DNA of 63,633 nucleotides, the filler included, from a bacterium (GTDB lineage: Bacteria; JALSQH01): the NCBI GenBank assembly GCA_026985515.1. It is 10 parts of 10 records of this genome, joined end to end, with 100 filler letters (N's around TTAATTAATTAA, not from the genome) between each part and the next. Parts side by side here need not be neighbours in the genome. Positions count along the whole stretch, not along the records: positions 28,721 to 32,835 come from JALSQH010000077.1; positions 32,936 to 37,048 come from JALSQH010000078.1; positions 37,149 to 41,241 come from JALSQH010000079.1; 7 more parts are not named here. One strand, given 5' to 3'. The notes under the pieces were generated by a model, which ran no database searches, was not told the origin of the DNA, and saw nothing but the letters and a program-made list of their open reading frames with translations. The translations under genes and the position numbers were made by a program. Shown one piece after another: positions 31,244 to 40,996 of the stretch. Position 1 is the first letter of the stretch, and each line of letters starts with the position of its first letter.

Positions 31244-31897
31244 ATGATTGTCAGCAAGCTTAAACCTCTGGAGGAAATTCTTCCTCATCTTGAGAATTAT
31301 AAAAGAATTTTCCTGATAGGGTGCGGAGAATGTGCCACGGTGGCTCATGCTGGTGGAGAACCAGAGGTTATGGATATAAAAAAAAAGCTGGAAGAAAGGG
31401 GGAAAATAGTAACTGGATGGGTGATCCCGAGAGAGACATGCCACATTCCCCTGATAAAGAAAGAACTCAGAATTCACAAAGAGGAGATAAAAGAAACAGA
31501 GGCAATTTTAGTGATGGCATGTGGAGCAGGGGTGCAGGCAGTTGCCAGTGCAACGGAAATCCCTGTATTTACTGCGGTGGATACAATTTTTCTGGGCACC
31601 ATTCAGAGGTATGGGAGATTTCTGGAATACTGTTCCATGTGTGGTCACTGCGTATTAAATGAAACTGCGGGAATATGTCCCGTAACAAGATGCCCAAAGG
31701 GCCTGTTGAATGGACCATGTGGCGGAGTCCTTGAAAATGGAAACTGCGAGGTGAATCCAGATATGAAGTGCGTCTGGGTAGAAATATATGAGAAATTGAG
31801 GGAAAGGAAGGAACTTTCCCTTTTCAAGAATCTTCATTTACCAAGAGATTATTCAAGAAACAAGAAACCTGCAAAACTCTTCCTAAAGGGGTTGTAA
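31244..31897 (+). CDS. metV: Methylene-THF reductase Fe-S/Zn partner subunit (MTHFR_C domain)
   Basis: GCGECAT..GGE, ACGAGVQ, CSMCGHC...CPVTRCPKGLLNGPCGG; adjacent to metF. Confidence 0.9.
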   Translation: MIVSKLKPLEEILPHLENYKRIFLIGCGECATVAHAGGEPEVMDIKKKLEERGKIVTGWVIPRETCHIPLIKKELRIHKEEIKETEAILVMACGAGVQAVASATEIPVFTAVDTIFLGTIQRYGRFLEYCSMCGHCVLNETAGICPVTRCPKGLLNGPCGGVLENGNCEVNPDMKCVWVEIYEKLRERKELSLFKNLHLPRDYSRNKKPAKLFLKGL

Positions 31898-32806
31898 ATG
31901 AGTCTCCTCAGGAAATATCTGCAAAGTGGAAAGTTTGTGATCACCGCCGAAGCCTCCCCACCCAAGGGGACTAACTCAAATATACTTAAAGAAAAGGCAA
32001 AATTATACAGGGGCAAAGCTGTAGCAGTTAATGTCACAGACAACCAGAGAGCCATTGTAAAAATGAGCCCTGTGCCATCCTCCCTCATTTTGCTCCAGGA
32101 GGGGGTGGAACCAGTGATGCAGATCACATGCAGAGACAGAAACAGGCTGGCTCTTCAATCTGAACTGCTGGGAGCAAATGCCCTTGGAGTTAAAAATGTT
32201 CTTGCACTTACGGGGGACCATATTTCTGCGGGTGACCATCCTGAGGCAAAGCCAGTATTTGACCTTGATTCATTTCTGCTGATCCACCTCATACAGAAAC
32301 TGAACAACGGATATGATTTCAACGATCATCCCCTTGATGGTAAAACAGATTACTTTATAGGCGGAGTTATAAATCCATGTTCAGCCAATATGGAACTGCA
32401 GCTTCTGAGGCTGGAAAAAAAGGTCAAAGCTGGTGTGGAATTTATTCAGACACAGGCTGTATATGATTTAGACATATATGAGAAGTTTTACAGAGAAGCA
32501 AAGAAATTTGGTATTTACATACTCGGGGGAATTCTCCTCCTAAAATCTGCCAGGATGGCAAGATTCTTAAATGCAAAGGTACCTGGTGTCAGGGTCCCAG
32601 ACAAACTCATAGAAATTCTTGAGCGAAGCAGCAATCCTGCAGAAGAGGGAATAAGAATTGCCAGGGATCTCATATATGGCATCGCAGATTTTGCAGAAGG
32701 TGTTCATCTGATGTCTGTGGGACAGGAACAGCAACTTTCAAGGCTTCTGGACGAAATAATCAGAGAAAAACCTGACCTTTACACTCCACCCGCCATTAAT
32801 CAGTAA
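31898..32806 (+). CDS. metF: 5,10-methylenetetrahydrofolate reductase
   Basis: NVTDNQ, QITCRDRNR, LTGDH, FIQTQ, GVHLM. Confidence 0.95.
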   Translation: MSLLRKYLQSGKFVITAEASPPKGTNSNILKEKAKLYRGKAVAVNVTDNQRAIVKMSPVPSSLILLQEGVEPVMQITCRDRNRLALQSELLGANALGVKNVLALTGDHISAGDHPEAKPVFDLDSFLLIHLIQKLNNGYDFNDHPLDGKTDYFIGGVINPCSANMELQLLRLEKKVKAGVEFIQTQAVYDLDIYEKFYREAKKFGIYILGGILLLKSARMARFLNAKVPGVRVPDKLIEILERSSNPAEEGIRIARDLIYGIADFAEGVHLMSVGQEQQLSRLLDEIIREKPDLYTPPAINQ

Positions 32807-32835
32807 CGGGTGCAAGATCAAGTTGAAAATTGAAA

Positions 32836-32935
32836 NNNNNNNNNNNNNNNNNNNNNNNNNNNNNNNNNNNNNNNNNNNNTTAATTAATTAANNNNNNNNN
32901 NNNNNNNNNNNNNNNNNNNNNNNNNNNNNNNNNNN
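32836..32935. other. Artificial contig spacer
   Basis: Same 100-nt spacer. Confidence 0.99.
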
Positions 32936-34049
32936 GGGGGACGGAAGGGATCGTATCCATGTGACCTACAAAACCTTACCGGAAGAGGTGAGAAAGGGAG
33001 AAAAGATTCTCATAAACGATGGTGCCATTGTACTCGTGGTGAAAGATATTAGAAAAAGAGATGTCGTAACGGAAGTTCTCGTGGGAGGACCCCTCACTTC
33101 CAGAAAGGGGGTAAATCTTCCCAACACCCACCTCTCCACACCTGCCCTCACAGAAAAAGACAGGGAAGATGTTATCTTTGGTATTGAAAATGGAGTTGAT
33201 GCCATAGCACTATCATTTGTGAGAAGTCACAGGGACATTCTTGATCTGAGAGAAATTCTTGAAAAAAAAGGTGTCAGCAAACCCATCATTGCAAAGATTG
33301 AAAAACCTGAAGCTCTCAAAGAAATTGACGCAATTCTGGAGGTTTCTGACGGGATTATGGTTGCCCGGGGGGACCTGGGGGTTGAAATACCAATATACAG
33401 AATCCCCGTAATTCAGAAAGAGTTAATCAGAAAGGCGAGGATGCATGGAAAAATCGTAATCACAGCGACTCAGATGCTCAAAAGCATGGTTGATCTTCCC
33501 ACCCCCACAAGGGCAGAAGCCACAGATGTGGCAAACGCAGTTCTTGATGGAAGTGATGCCCTTATGTTGTCAGAAGAAACGGCAGTGGGAAAATACCCTG
33601 TGAAAACCATTAGAATGATGAGAAAAATTATCACTGAAGCTGAGAAGATCTATCCCCACGAAGAGATGTGCAGGGTAAGAGCAAAATTCTCCATACAGGA
33701 GTCACTCTGCCACGTGGCGTGCAAGGTTGCAGAGGAAACAAACATCAGGGCAATAGTGGCATTCACACGCACAGGAACCACGGCAAGAGTTCTCTCACAC
33801 TTCAGACCCCGGGTCCCTGTTATTGCTGCCACCTATGACAGGGAAACTCTCCACTATGTAAATCTTTTCTGGGGGGTAACTCCCACCCTAACTCCCCTGG
33901 TTGAATCCACAGACAGGATGGTTGAAACCTCCATTGAAGTTGGAATAAGAAAAAATCTCTTCAAAAAAGGAGATAAGGTTTTGATCCTTGCTGGAGCACC
34001 AGCAGGTGTACCAGGCTCAACCAATCTTATCAAAATCGTAGATGCATAG
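32936..34049 (+). CDS. pyk: Pyruvate kinase, C-terminal part
   Basis: KGVNLP, AKIEK, VARGDLGVE, ATQML, PTRAEATDVANA, LSEETAVG. Confidence 0.97.
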
Positions 34050-34059
34050 GAGGAAGGAG

Positions 34060-34827
34060 ATGATAAAGTTTCAAAAAATCGGGGAAGGCTTACCTGTTGT
34101 CTTCATTCATGGTTTTCCCTTCAGGAAGGAGATGTGGAATAAGCAGGTTCCATCGGTGGTAAATGAGGGATTTATGGCAATCAGCGTGGACCTGCGGGGA
34201 CATGGTGAATCGGATGGTGTACCTGAATCAATATCGGGAATGGGTGACGACATACTCGAAGTCCTTGACAGTCTGAATATTGAAAAAGCTATAATTGGTG
34301 GAATGTCTATGGGTGGTTACATAACCTTTGATCTTGCAGCGAGGCATCCAGAAAGATTTCTTGGAGCTTTTTTCATAGCAACAAAGGCTGCCGCAGACAC
34401 ACCTGAGGCGAAGAAGAACAGGGACAGACTGATTGAAGAAATAAAGGCAAGGGGCCAGATAGCTGTGGTTGATGCTTATTTAAATAAATTATTTGCTCCC
34501 CAGACCTACACCGACAATCCTGTGCTTGTTTTGAAGGCAAAGGAATGGATTCTCTCCACCCCTGTAGAAACCCTCATTGGAGCCACAAAGGCAATGAGGG
34601 ACAGAGCAGATCGAAAAAACAATATAAAGGATTTCAACTTTCCAACCCTCTTCATCGCAGGAGAAAAGGATCAGTTAATCCCACCTGAAGTGATGGAGGA
34701 GGAATTCAATCTGGCTACAGATGGGGAATTCAAGGTTGTAAAAAGTGCAGGACACATGTTAAACATGGAAGAACCAAAGGAAACAGCAGAGATACTGGTC
34801 AGCTACCTGAAGAGAAACTTCAGGTAA
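34060..34827 (+). CDS. Alpha/beta hydrolase
   Basis: HGFP, DLRGHGES, GMSMGG, GEKD, AGHM. Confidence 0.92.
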   Translation: MIKFQKIGEGLPVVFIHGFPFRKEMWNKQVPSVVNEGFMAISVDLRGHGESDGVPESISGMGDDILEVLDSLNIEKAIIGGMSMGGYITFDLAARHPERFLGAFFIATKAAADTPEAKKNRDRLIEEIKARGQIAVVDAYLNKLFAPQTYTDNPVLVLKAKEWILSTPVETLIGATKAMRDRADRKNNIKDFNFPTLFIAGEKDQLIPPEVMEEEFNLATDGEFKVVKSAGHMLNMEEPKETAEILVSYLKRNFR

Positions 34828-35820
34828 TTACTCCTTTACAAACCCAATCTCAATGGAAAACTCATACAGGGACGAACTTCTTTTACAGTCAACAACGAAG
34901 CTGTTCCTTGAGATCACATAACCACTTTCAAATCTCAGGTATGTGGAATCAGATATATGAAGAGTGGGAGTCATGGTAAAACTAAAAATTCTCTTCCTTG
35001 CAGGTCCAAATATGTACACATCACCATTTCTGAACACATACTCCACCCTCAAAGGAATTTCAAAACCCCCTTTCACCATTCTGGAATAGTATAGTGCAGA
35101 AGCAACAGAGTATTCATTTGAATTGGCCCACTTCCAGTAATCGGTGTTGAAAGCAAAGTAGTGAGCATCCTTTTTCAGTTCAAAAACCATTCCGGTGAGG
35201 CTTCTAATGTTATTCACATGATAATGGTAAAGGGTGAAAGTGAAAGGTTCTATTCTTTTTCCCATCACTATTTCATATGTCGTCGATGGACATTTTCTTC
35301 CCAAACAATACTCCTCTGGATCAAGTCTATCTCTGTAGAAGCCCACCGACAGATCAACAAACTTGCTGAAGTTAATTCTGCCACCTATTGCATTAAATGG
35401 CTGCTGTGAAGCAACGATACCCACGGTAATATTTTTGTTGTTGAAAGTGTAAGTATCCTCATAACCAGAGAGGGGAGGTAAAATTCCAAACTCAAAACTA
35501 ACACCATCTTTTTCAGCAGTAAAATAGGCATACTGAATTGATGGTTCAGGGTGGAAGTCGTGTGAGGATTCAAGAAGGGAAGGAGTAATTGTGCCACCAA
35601 AGGCAGCAACAAATCCGGGTGTAAACCCCTCATTTTCATCTGAGAGACTCAGTACCACCAGAAGATTATTAATTTTGAAAGGTGTGAGGAAGTGGGTCAT
35701 GCTATTTTCATATAAAAAAAGACCACCGCTTACCCCACCAGTTAATTTTAGAGTGATTTCCTTCCCGTAGAGACTCAGAGAGGCAAGAAACAACATAGTA
35801 CCTGCAATTAGATACTTCAT
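34828..35820 (-). CDS. Outer-membrane beta-barrel/porin-like protein
   Basis: Signal peptide, amphipathic strands, IPLRVEY, TMTPT..LRFE motifs. Confidence 0.7.
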   Translation of the reverse strand: MKYLIAGTMLFLASLSLYGKEITLKLTGGVSGGLFLYENSMTHFLTPFKINNLLVVLSLSDENEGFTPGFVAAFGGTITPSLLESSHDFHPEPSIQYAYFTAEKDGVSFEFGILPPLSGYEDTYTFNNKNITVGIVASQQPFNAIGGRINFSKFVDLSVGFYRDRLDPEEYCLGRKCPSTTYEIVMGKRIEPFTFTLYHYHVNNIRSLTGMVFELKKDAHYFAFNTDYWKWANSNEYSVASALYYSRMVKGGFEIPLRVEYVFRNGDVYIFGPARKRIFSFTMTPTLHISDSTYLRFESGYVISRNSFVVDCKRSSSLYEFSIEIGFVKE

Positions 35821-35951
35821 AATTCCTCCTTGATTGTTCATTCTAACATTTACAGCTTTACTTAAAATTTTCCTTCTGTCAAATAAAGTTTCCCTTGATA
35901 GATAAAAGGCTCACTGTAGAATAAAAATAAAACAAAATTAAGGAGTTGAAC

Positions 35952-37022
35952 ATGGATAGAGAAGTTTTCATGGAACGTGTTGAAAAATTTCAAAAAATAC
36001 TTAAGGAAAAAGAAATAGACCTTGCAGTCATCAGGACACTCTCATCCTTCATCTATTTTACAGGCACAAAATGGCTGAGACCTTCTCTCCTTATTCCAGC
36101 AGAGGGAGAACCCATTGTCATTGTTGCAAAGGGGGAGAAGGAGTATTTTAAGAAAAAAAGCTGGATAGAACACATTGAAGAGTACAACAGAGTTGAAAAA
36201 TTGATGTTCATAGTAACCCAGTGGATTAGACAGCACAATGTAAAAAGGGTAGGTATGGAAGACAGTGTGGAGAGAGATTCCTTTGTTTTCTTCCACAACA
36301 TGTTCAAAATGTTGAACCCGAAAGTTGAACTGGTTGATATTCTTGCTGACACCATGGATCTTAGAATGGTGAAAACCGAATGGGAAATAGAGAGGATCAG
36401 AAAGGCGGGTGCAATTGCAAGGGAAGCCATGAAATTTGCAGAGGAACTGATAAAACCGGGAATAAGTGAAACAGAAATTGCGGGAGAATTATACAGATTT
36501 TTATATAAAAAAGGGTGTGAAGAACCCCTCGTGTATGTTGCAGCCTACCCAAGACTTCACGCAGAACCACTGAGAGATTTTAAAGTTGAAGAGGGGAGAT
36601 TCGTCTCGATTGTTCTGGGGGTTGATTATGAGTACTACTATGTCAACAACAGCCGGAGTTTCTTCGTTGGCAAACCGGAAGGTAAAGCAAAAGTGGCAAT
36701 TGAGGCAATGGATAAAGCATACAAATTAGCTCTTGAAAAGACAAAGCCGGGGGCAAGTATGCTTCAAATAGAGAAGGAAATAGAGAATATCTACAAAGAA
36801 GCAGGACTTGGCGAATACTACATAATGGGTTACACCCACGGAACAGGACTTTTAATTGAGGAACTCCCGATGACAACCATCATCGCCGCAACAAGGAGAA
36901 CCCCCATAAGAGAAAATATGGTAATGTCCTTTATCCACTCTCCTCTCATGCTTCCAGAAGGGGCAGTCAAATGGGAAGATACGGTTATAATCAGAAGTGG
37001 CGAACCTGAGATATTAACCTGA
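35952..37022 (+). CDS. M24 (Xaa-Pro peptidase/creatinase fold) protein with non-canonical metal site
   Basis: Creatinase-N domain, RMVKTEWEI, PGISETEIA, THGTGL, WEDTV. Confidence 0.85.
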   Translation: MDREVFMERVEKFQKILKEKEIDLAVIRTLSSFIYFTGTKWLRPSLLIPAEGEPIVIVAKGEKEYFKKKSWIEHIEEYNRVEKLMFIVTQWIRQHNVKRVGMEDSVERDSFVFFHNMFKMLNPKVELVDILADTMDLRMVKTEWEIERIRKAGAIAREAMKFAEELIKPGISETEIAGELYRFLYKKGCEEPLVYVAAYPRLHAEPLRDFKVEEGRFVSIVLGVDYEYYYVNNSRSFFVGKPEGKAKVAIEAMDKAYKLALEKTKPGASMLQIEKEIENIYKEAGLGEYYIMGYTHGTGLLIEELPMTTIIAATRRTPIRENMVMSFIHSPLMLPEGAVKWEDTVIIRSGEPEILT

Positions 37023-37038
37023 TGTTTCACGTGAAACA
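37023..37038. promoter_or_regulatory. parS: parS centromere-like site
   Basis: Perfect 16-bp palindrome TGTTTCACGTGAAACA, intergenic. Confidence 0.9.
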
Positions 37039-37048
37039 AAAGAAGGGG

Positions 37049-37148
37049 NNNNNNNNNNNNNNNNNNNNNNNNNNNNNNNNNNNNNNNNNNNNTTAATTAA
37101 TTAANNNNNNNNNNNNNNNNNNNNNNNNNNNNNNNNNNNNNNNNNNNN
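37049..37148. other. Artificial contig spacer
   Basis: Same 100-nt spacer. Confidence 0.99.
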
Positions 37149-37487
37149 TTTGTAGGTCACTTGGATACGATCCCTTCCATCCCCCTCTTCAGTGGTGAGA
37201 ATCAGGGTATCGCCCCGTTTGAGAATTACAGGTTCATCTTTGACTGTGCCTATTCTGATCTTTGGCCCGCTGAGGTCCTGAAGGATTGTTAGAGTTACAT
37301 CCATCTCCTCTTCAATTTCTCTGATCCGCTGAATTCTTCTGAGGTGTTCCTGATGTGTACCATGGGAGAAATTTAAGCGAAAAATTCTTACACCTTCAGT
37401 GACAAGTTCCTTTATTACCCTTTTGCTGTCCGTTGCGGGACCCAGTGTGGCAATTATGCGTGTTTTGAAGGTTGATTTTCTATTCAT
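37149..37487 (-). CDS. pyk: Pyruvate kinase, N-terminal part
   Basis: KTRIIATLGPAT, RLNFSHG, QDLSGPKIRIG; its end overlaps the start of the contig at 32936. Confidence 0.95.
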
Positions 37488-37500
37488 CTGTTTTTAATTT

Positions 37501-37935
37501 TTACTCAAGTCCATATTCTTTCAAGTCTATCCCTTTTTTCTGTGCATATTTTCTTATATCATCCTGAATCAATCTCAGAGCAATTCCTATTACTGTTGCA
37601 TCGTCAATGTAGCCTATAACGGGAAGAAAGTCTGGAATGAGATCAAATGGATTGATGAAGTAAAGCAGAGCAGCTGTTATTGCTGCAATGGTTGACCAGG
37701 GAGTTTCATACTCACCATTCCACCAGTCCCTTAGAAGTTGATAGAGCAAAGTGACCTGCTTTGCAAGTTTCTTTATCCACTCCACAGCTGAATCAAGAAG
37801 TTCATCTGCCTTCCCCATGGTTTTGGCAAGCACATATTCAACATCCTTTTTGTCAACTTCATTCATTGCCTTTTTGTATTTCTCTTCCAGTTTTGCCTTC
37901 TCTTCAGGAGTCAGGTTTTCTCTTTTTTCTGTCAT
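37501..37935 (-). CDS. YkvA/DUF1232 family membrane protein
   Basis: ALLYFINPFDLIPDFLPVIGYIDD. Confidence 0.93.
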   Translation of the reverse strand: MTEKRENLTPEEKAKLEEKYKKAMNEVDKKDVEYVLAKTMGKADELLDSAVEWIKKLAKQVTLLYQLLRDWWNGEYETPWSTIAAITAALLYFINPFDLIPDFLPVIGYIDDATVIGIALRLIQDDIRKYAQKKGIDLKEYGLE

Positions 37936-38191
37936 AAAAAACCTCCTTTCCCTCTTTTTGTTGAAATTATATCAGTTTTATTTTTCCTGCTCAAAAATTT
38001 TGGGATATAAAGCTGCACTTACCCGAAATTTGTATGGGGGAGTTAAAAAATTCGAGATGTAAAAAATTTTTAAAAAATATTTTCGTTAAACTAATATTTG
38101 CATGTTAACTTATTGTTTGTAGAGGGCTTTTATTGAGGATAATCACATGGCATAGTTATTGTTTTTTAATAGTGAATACAAAAGGGAGGTA

Positions 38192-38425
38192 ATGATGAGA
38201 AAGAGGCACAAGACAAAACAAAAAATCTTCACCGCCGGGAGAGGAGGAAGATGGGAGTATTTAAGTTTATCAGAGTATCTAGCGGAGGAGAGGAAGATTT
38301 TTGAAGGTGAGATTGATGAGATCTGCAGAAGAGAGGCTTTGAAGGATTACTGCAACATTCATAATTATGATTTTATTGAAGTTAACCGATGGGGAGAACC
38401 CCTGGTTAAGATTGCTGAATTTTAA
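38192..38425 (+). CDS. Small hypothetical protein
   Basis: RBS GGGAGG before the ATG; no motif recognised. Confidence 0.55.
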   Translation: MMRKRHKTKQKIFTAGRGGRWEYLSLSEYLAEERKIFEGEIDEICRREALKDYCNIHNYDFIEVNRWGEPLVKIAEF

Positions 38426-38445
38426 ATTTGTAAGAGGAGGAAGAG

Positions 38446-39054
38446 ATGCTTACAAATGAAGTTTTTGATGCTTTTGAACTTTTGCTTGAAGAGATTGAAA
38501 AGGTGGTTGACACCCTGCAGGAGAGAATTGATGGATACAATCTGGGAAAGCAGTTTGACCGTGCGGGCAGACTTTTGAATATTGCCAATGAGATAGTTGA
38601 CTTCAGGCAGGAGGTGGTGGATCTTCAGAGGTTGTGGAAGAAGAAGGTTTACAGGATCTCCCTCAATGGGAGGAGTAAGTCAAGAAAGAATGGTGTTAAA
38701 AAACTCAGAAGGAAGTTAAAAAGGGGATTGAGGACTCCCCAGGAGGAGTACAGGATTCCCATACTCTCGTCACTCGTTGAACTTGGGGGTTCGGGAGAGG
38801 TTAAGGAAGTGTTGAAGCTTGTGGGTGAGAAGATGAGGGATATTCTTAATGAATATGACTACCAGAGGCTTTCAACAGGAGAGGTAAGGTGGGAGAATTC
38901 TGCAAAATGGTGCAGACACACGCTGGTAAAGGAGGGATTACTCAGGGCAGGTAGTAAGAGGGGTGTCTGGGAGATAACGGAGAAGGGAAGGGAGTACCTG
39001 GAAAAGTTAAAGAGTGATGGTGATGATTCCGGGGAATCCTCTGATGAGGGATGA
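38446..39054 (+). CDS. Coiled-coil + Mrr N-terminal-like winged-helix protein, no nuclease domain
   Basis: TPQEEYRIPILSSL.ELGGSG...RWENSAKWCR..LVKEGLL....RGVWEITEKGR. Confidence 0.75.
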   Translation: MLTNEVFDAFELLLEEIEKVVDTLQERIDGYNLGKQFDRAGRLLNIANEIVDFRQEVVDLQRLWKKKVYRISLNGRSKSRKNGVKKLRRKLKRGLRTPQEEYRIPILSSLVELGGSGEVKEVLKLVGEKMRDILNEYDYQRLSTGEVRWENSAKWCRHTLVKEGLLRAGSKRGVWEITEKGREYLEKLKSDGDDSGESSDEG

Positions 39055-39121
39055 ATTGCTGATTGGAAGCAGAAAGTATTTGTCATTTGTGAACAGTTAT
39101 GCTATTTTTTAAAGGCGGTCG

Positions 39122-39712
39122 ATGAAGGTCCGGGGAGTATCGCTTATAAAGACTGTAAGATTTATTGAAACCAGATTTGGTGAAGATGCTTTCAGAAGAA
39201 TTCTTGAGAATTTATCTGAAAAGTCTGCGAGTCAGTTACATCGTGTAATTCTCCCGGGTGGCCAGTATGATCTGGAGATTTTCGTTGAGCTGAATGAAGT
39301 GACGAAGAAGTTGTTTGACAGGGATGGTAATTTGTGGGTGGAGATGGGAAGATTTACGGCGGAATCGGTGGTAAACTCTTATCCTGATGTGTTTAAGAAA
39401 AGGTTATCATCACCTGAGAACACTGGTCAGTTGATAGAAGTATTTGCGATTTCAACATCACTTTTCCTCTAAGATGTAAATGCCGAAGGTGAGATCGTGA
39501 TTGATGAAGGTGGACATAAGAAAATAAATTACAGGTTGAAGGGAAAGCCTTTCAGTCACCGGAAGTATGCCTCCATTGTTGCTGAGAGGGTTACAGGCTG
39601 GATATACAGGGTTGGTGAAGAGTTGAAGGTTAGAGAACTCTATCTCCAGAAGGAAGTAAAGAACGGGGATGAGGAGGGATGCTTAAGGTTTGAAATAGAG
39701 TGGTTTATGTAG
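39122..39712 (+). pseudogene. H-NOX/V4R-like (myxococcal TIGR02265-like) protein interrupted by an in-frame TAA
   Basis: ORFs 39122..39472 and 39497..39712 share a frame, separated only by TAA at 39470-39472; MKVRG...FG, GRFTAE, C-terminal CLRFEIEW. Confidence 0.65.
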
Positions 39713-39750
39713 CGTGAGTTGCCAGAAAGGGTAATTTGACGGGGGAGATT

Positions 39751-40971
39751 TGGGTACTGTCAAGTTTTGTTCACAAAAATTTTATTTGTGCCATAGAGGT
39801 GGTTTCCTTCTCAGCCTCTGATTTATATCGTAAAACACAAGACCTGTGAGGTAATTTATTGACTTCTCATCGTTGAAGCTCGCTTTTTCATAGAGAAACT
39901 GCTTATAGTCCCTGAAATATCTTTCCACCACATTGTTGGTAAAAAGCTTCCTTGCTTTGGACGGATCTTCTATCACCCTGAAAACTGTTATCACCTTGTC
40001 AAAATCCCTTTTCAATTTCAAACTGTTCCTCCTCCCTGCCAATTCCCATTGCTCACTCACAACTTCCACTTTAAGTTTTATCTTCTTTATCACCTCTCTG
40101 CTATTCAAACCTTCTAAATCTTTACTCCTGACTATCCAGAAGTAATCACTAAACATCAGTTGCTTGGTGATCTTATTTTTCACATCCTTAAGCACATTAA
40201 CGCCATAGTGAAATCCACATACCTGAAGAGGAATTTTCACTGGTATGTTTTTCAGGTACTTCCTCAGACCGCTGCTGCCATCTCCAACTATCAGGGAAAT
40301 CTTCTTCATATCAATTCCTCTCTCTATCAAACTCTCAAAAAGAGCTCTCCATGATTCCTCACTCTCGCTATTCTGGATTGTGTAACCCAGCACTTCTCTT
40401 TCCCCCGATTCTGTAACTCCCACAGCTGACAAAACCACTTTCCTGCCAGATATGCTCCCTCTATCCTTTACCCACATACCATCCACCATCAGATACCTGT
40501 AATCCTTCCCTGATAGGTCCCTACTCCAGTATTCATTCATAAATCTTTCTAACTTCCTCAGCTTATTGCTCACTGTAGTCGGGGAAATATTTAAACGCAA
40601 TAATTTCAGAATCTCTGAAATCTTCCGGTAAGAAATCCCTGATACATATAACGCATATATCAATGCAACAAGAAATGAGTCCATCATCCCAAATAATCTC
40701 TGCAGGTAATCAATCTCTGGCTGTTTATGGCGAAACTTAGGAAGAAATATTGGCACTTTTAAAAACAGGGGTAACCATACTTCCACCTTGCGAATTCCAC
40801 TGCGATAATTCTTTGCCAAGCGAGAGGATGTATGATATACCCTATTTTCGGGAAGTGAGTACCATTTTTCAATGGATTGGTTAATCACCCCCTGGAAATG
40901 CTCAACAACATGGTCTGTCAAATCCCCTTTTGCTCAAAATTAAATCTTACTTTACTTGCTTTTTTATCCAT
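39751..40971 (-). mobile_element. IS256-family insertion sequence; left end not resolved
   Basis: Mutator-type transposase plus terminal-repeat-like GGGTACTGTCAAGTTTTGTTCAC just past its stop codon. Confidence 0.75.
39782..40921 (-). CDS. IS256/Mutator DDE transposase
   Basis: GISYRKI, YLMVDG, GEREVLG...SES..SW, VGDG, QVCGFH (CxxH), TNNVVER. Confidence 0.92.
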   Translation of the reverse strand: MTDHVVEHFQGVINQSIEKWYSLPENRVYHTSSRLAKNYRSGIRKVEVWLPLFLKVPIFLPKFRHKQPEIDYLQRLFGMMDSFLVALIYALYVSGISYRKISEILKLLRLNISPTTVSNKLRKLERFMNEYWSRDLSGKDYRYLMVDGMWVKDRGSISGRKVVLSAVGVTESGEREVLGYTIQNSESEESWRALFESLIERGIDMKKISLIVGDGSSGLRKYLKNIPVKIPLQVCGFHYGVNVLKDVKNKITKQLMFSDYFWIVRSKDLEGLNSREVIKKIKLKVEVVSEQWELAGRRNSLKLKRDFDKVITVFRVIEDPSKARKLFTNNVVERYFRDYKQFLYEKASFNDEKSINYLTGLVFYDINQRLRRKPPLWHK

Positions 40972-40996
40972 ATGTTCCTTCATTTTATAGTTTGCC

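Noticed and set aside
39470..39472. Stop-codon reassignment or selenocysteine/pyrrolysine
   Set aside because: The codon is TAA, and all three stops terminate conserved genes normally in this window
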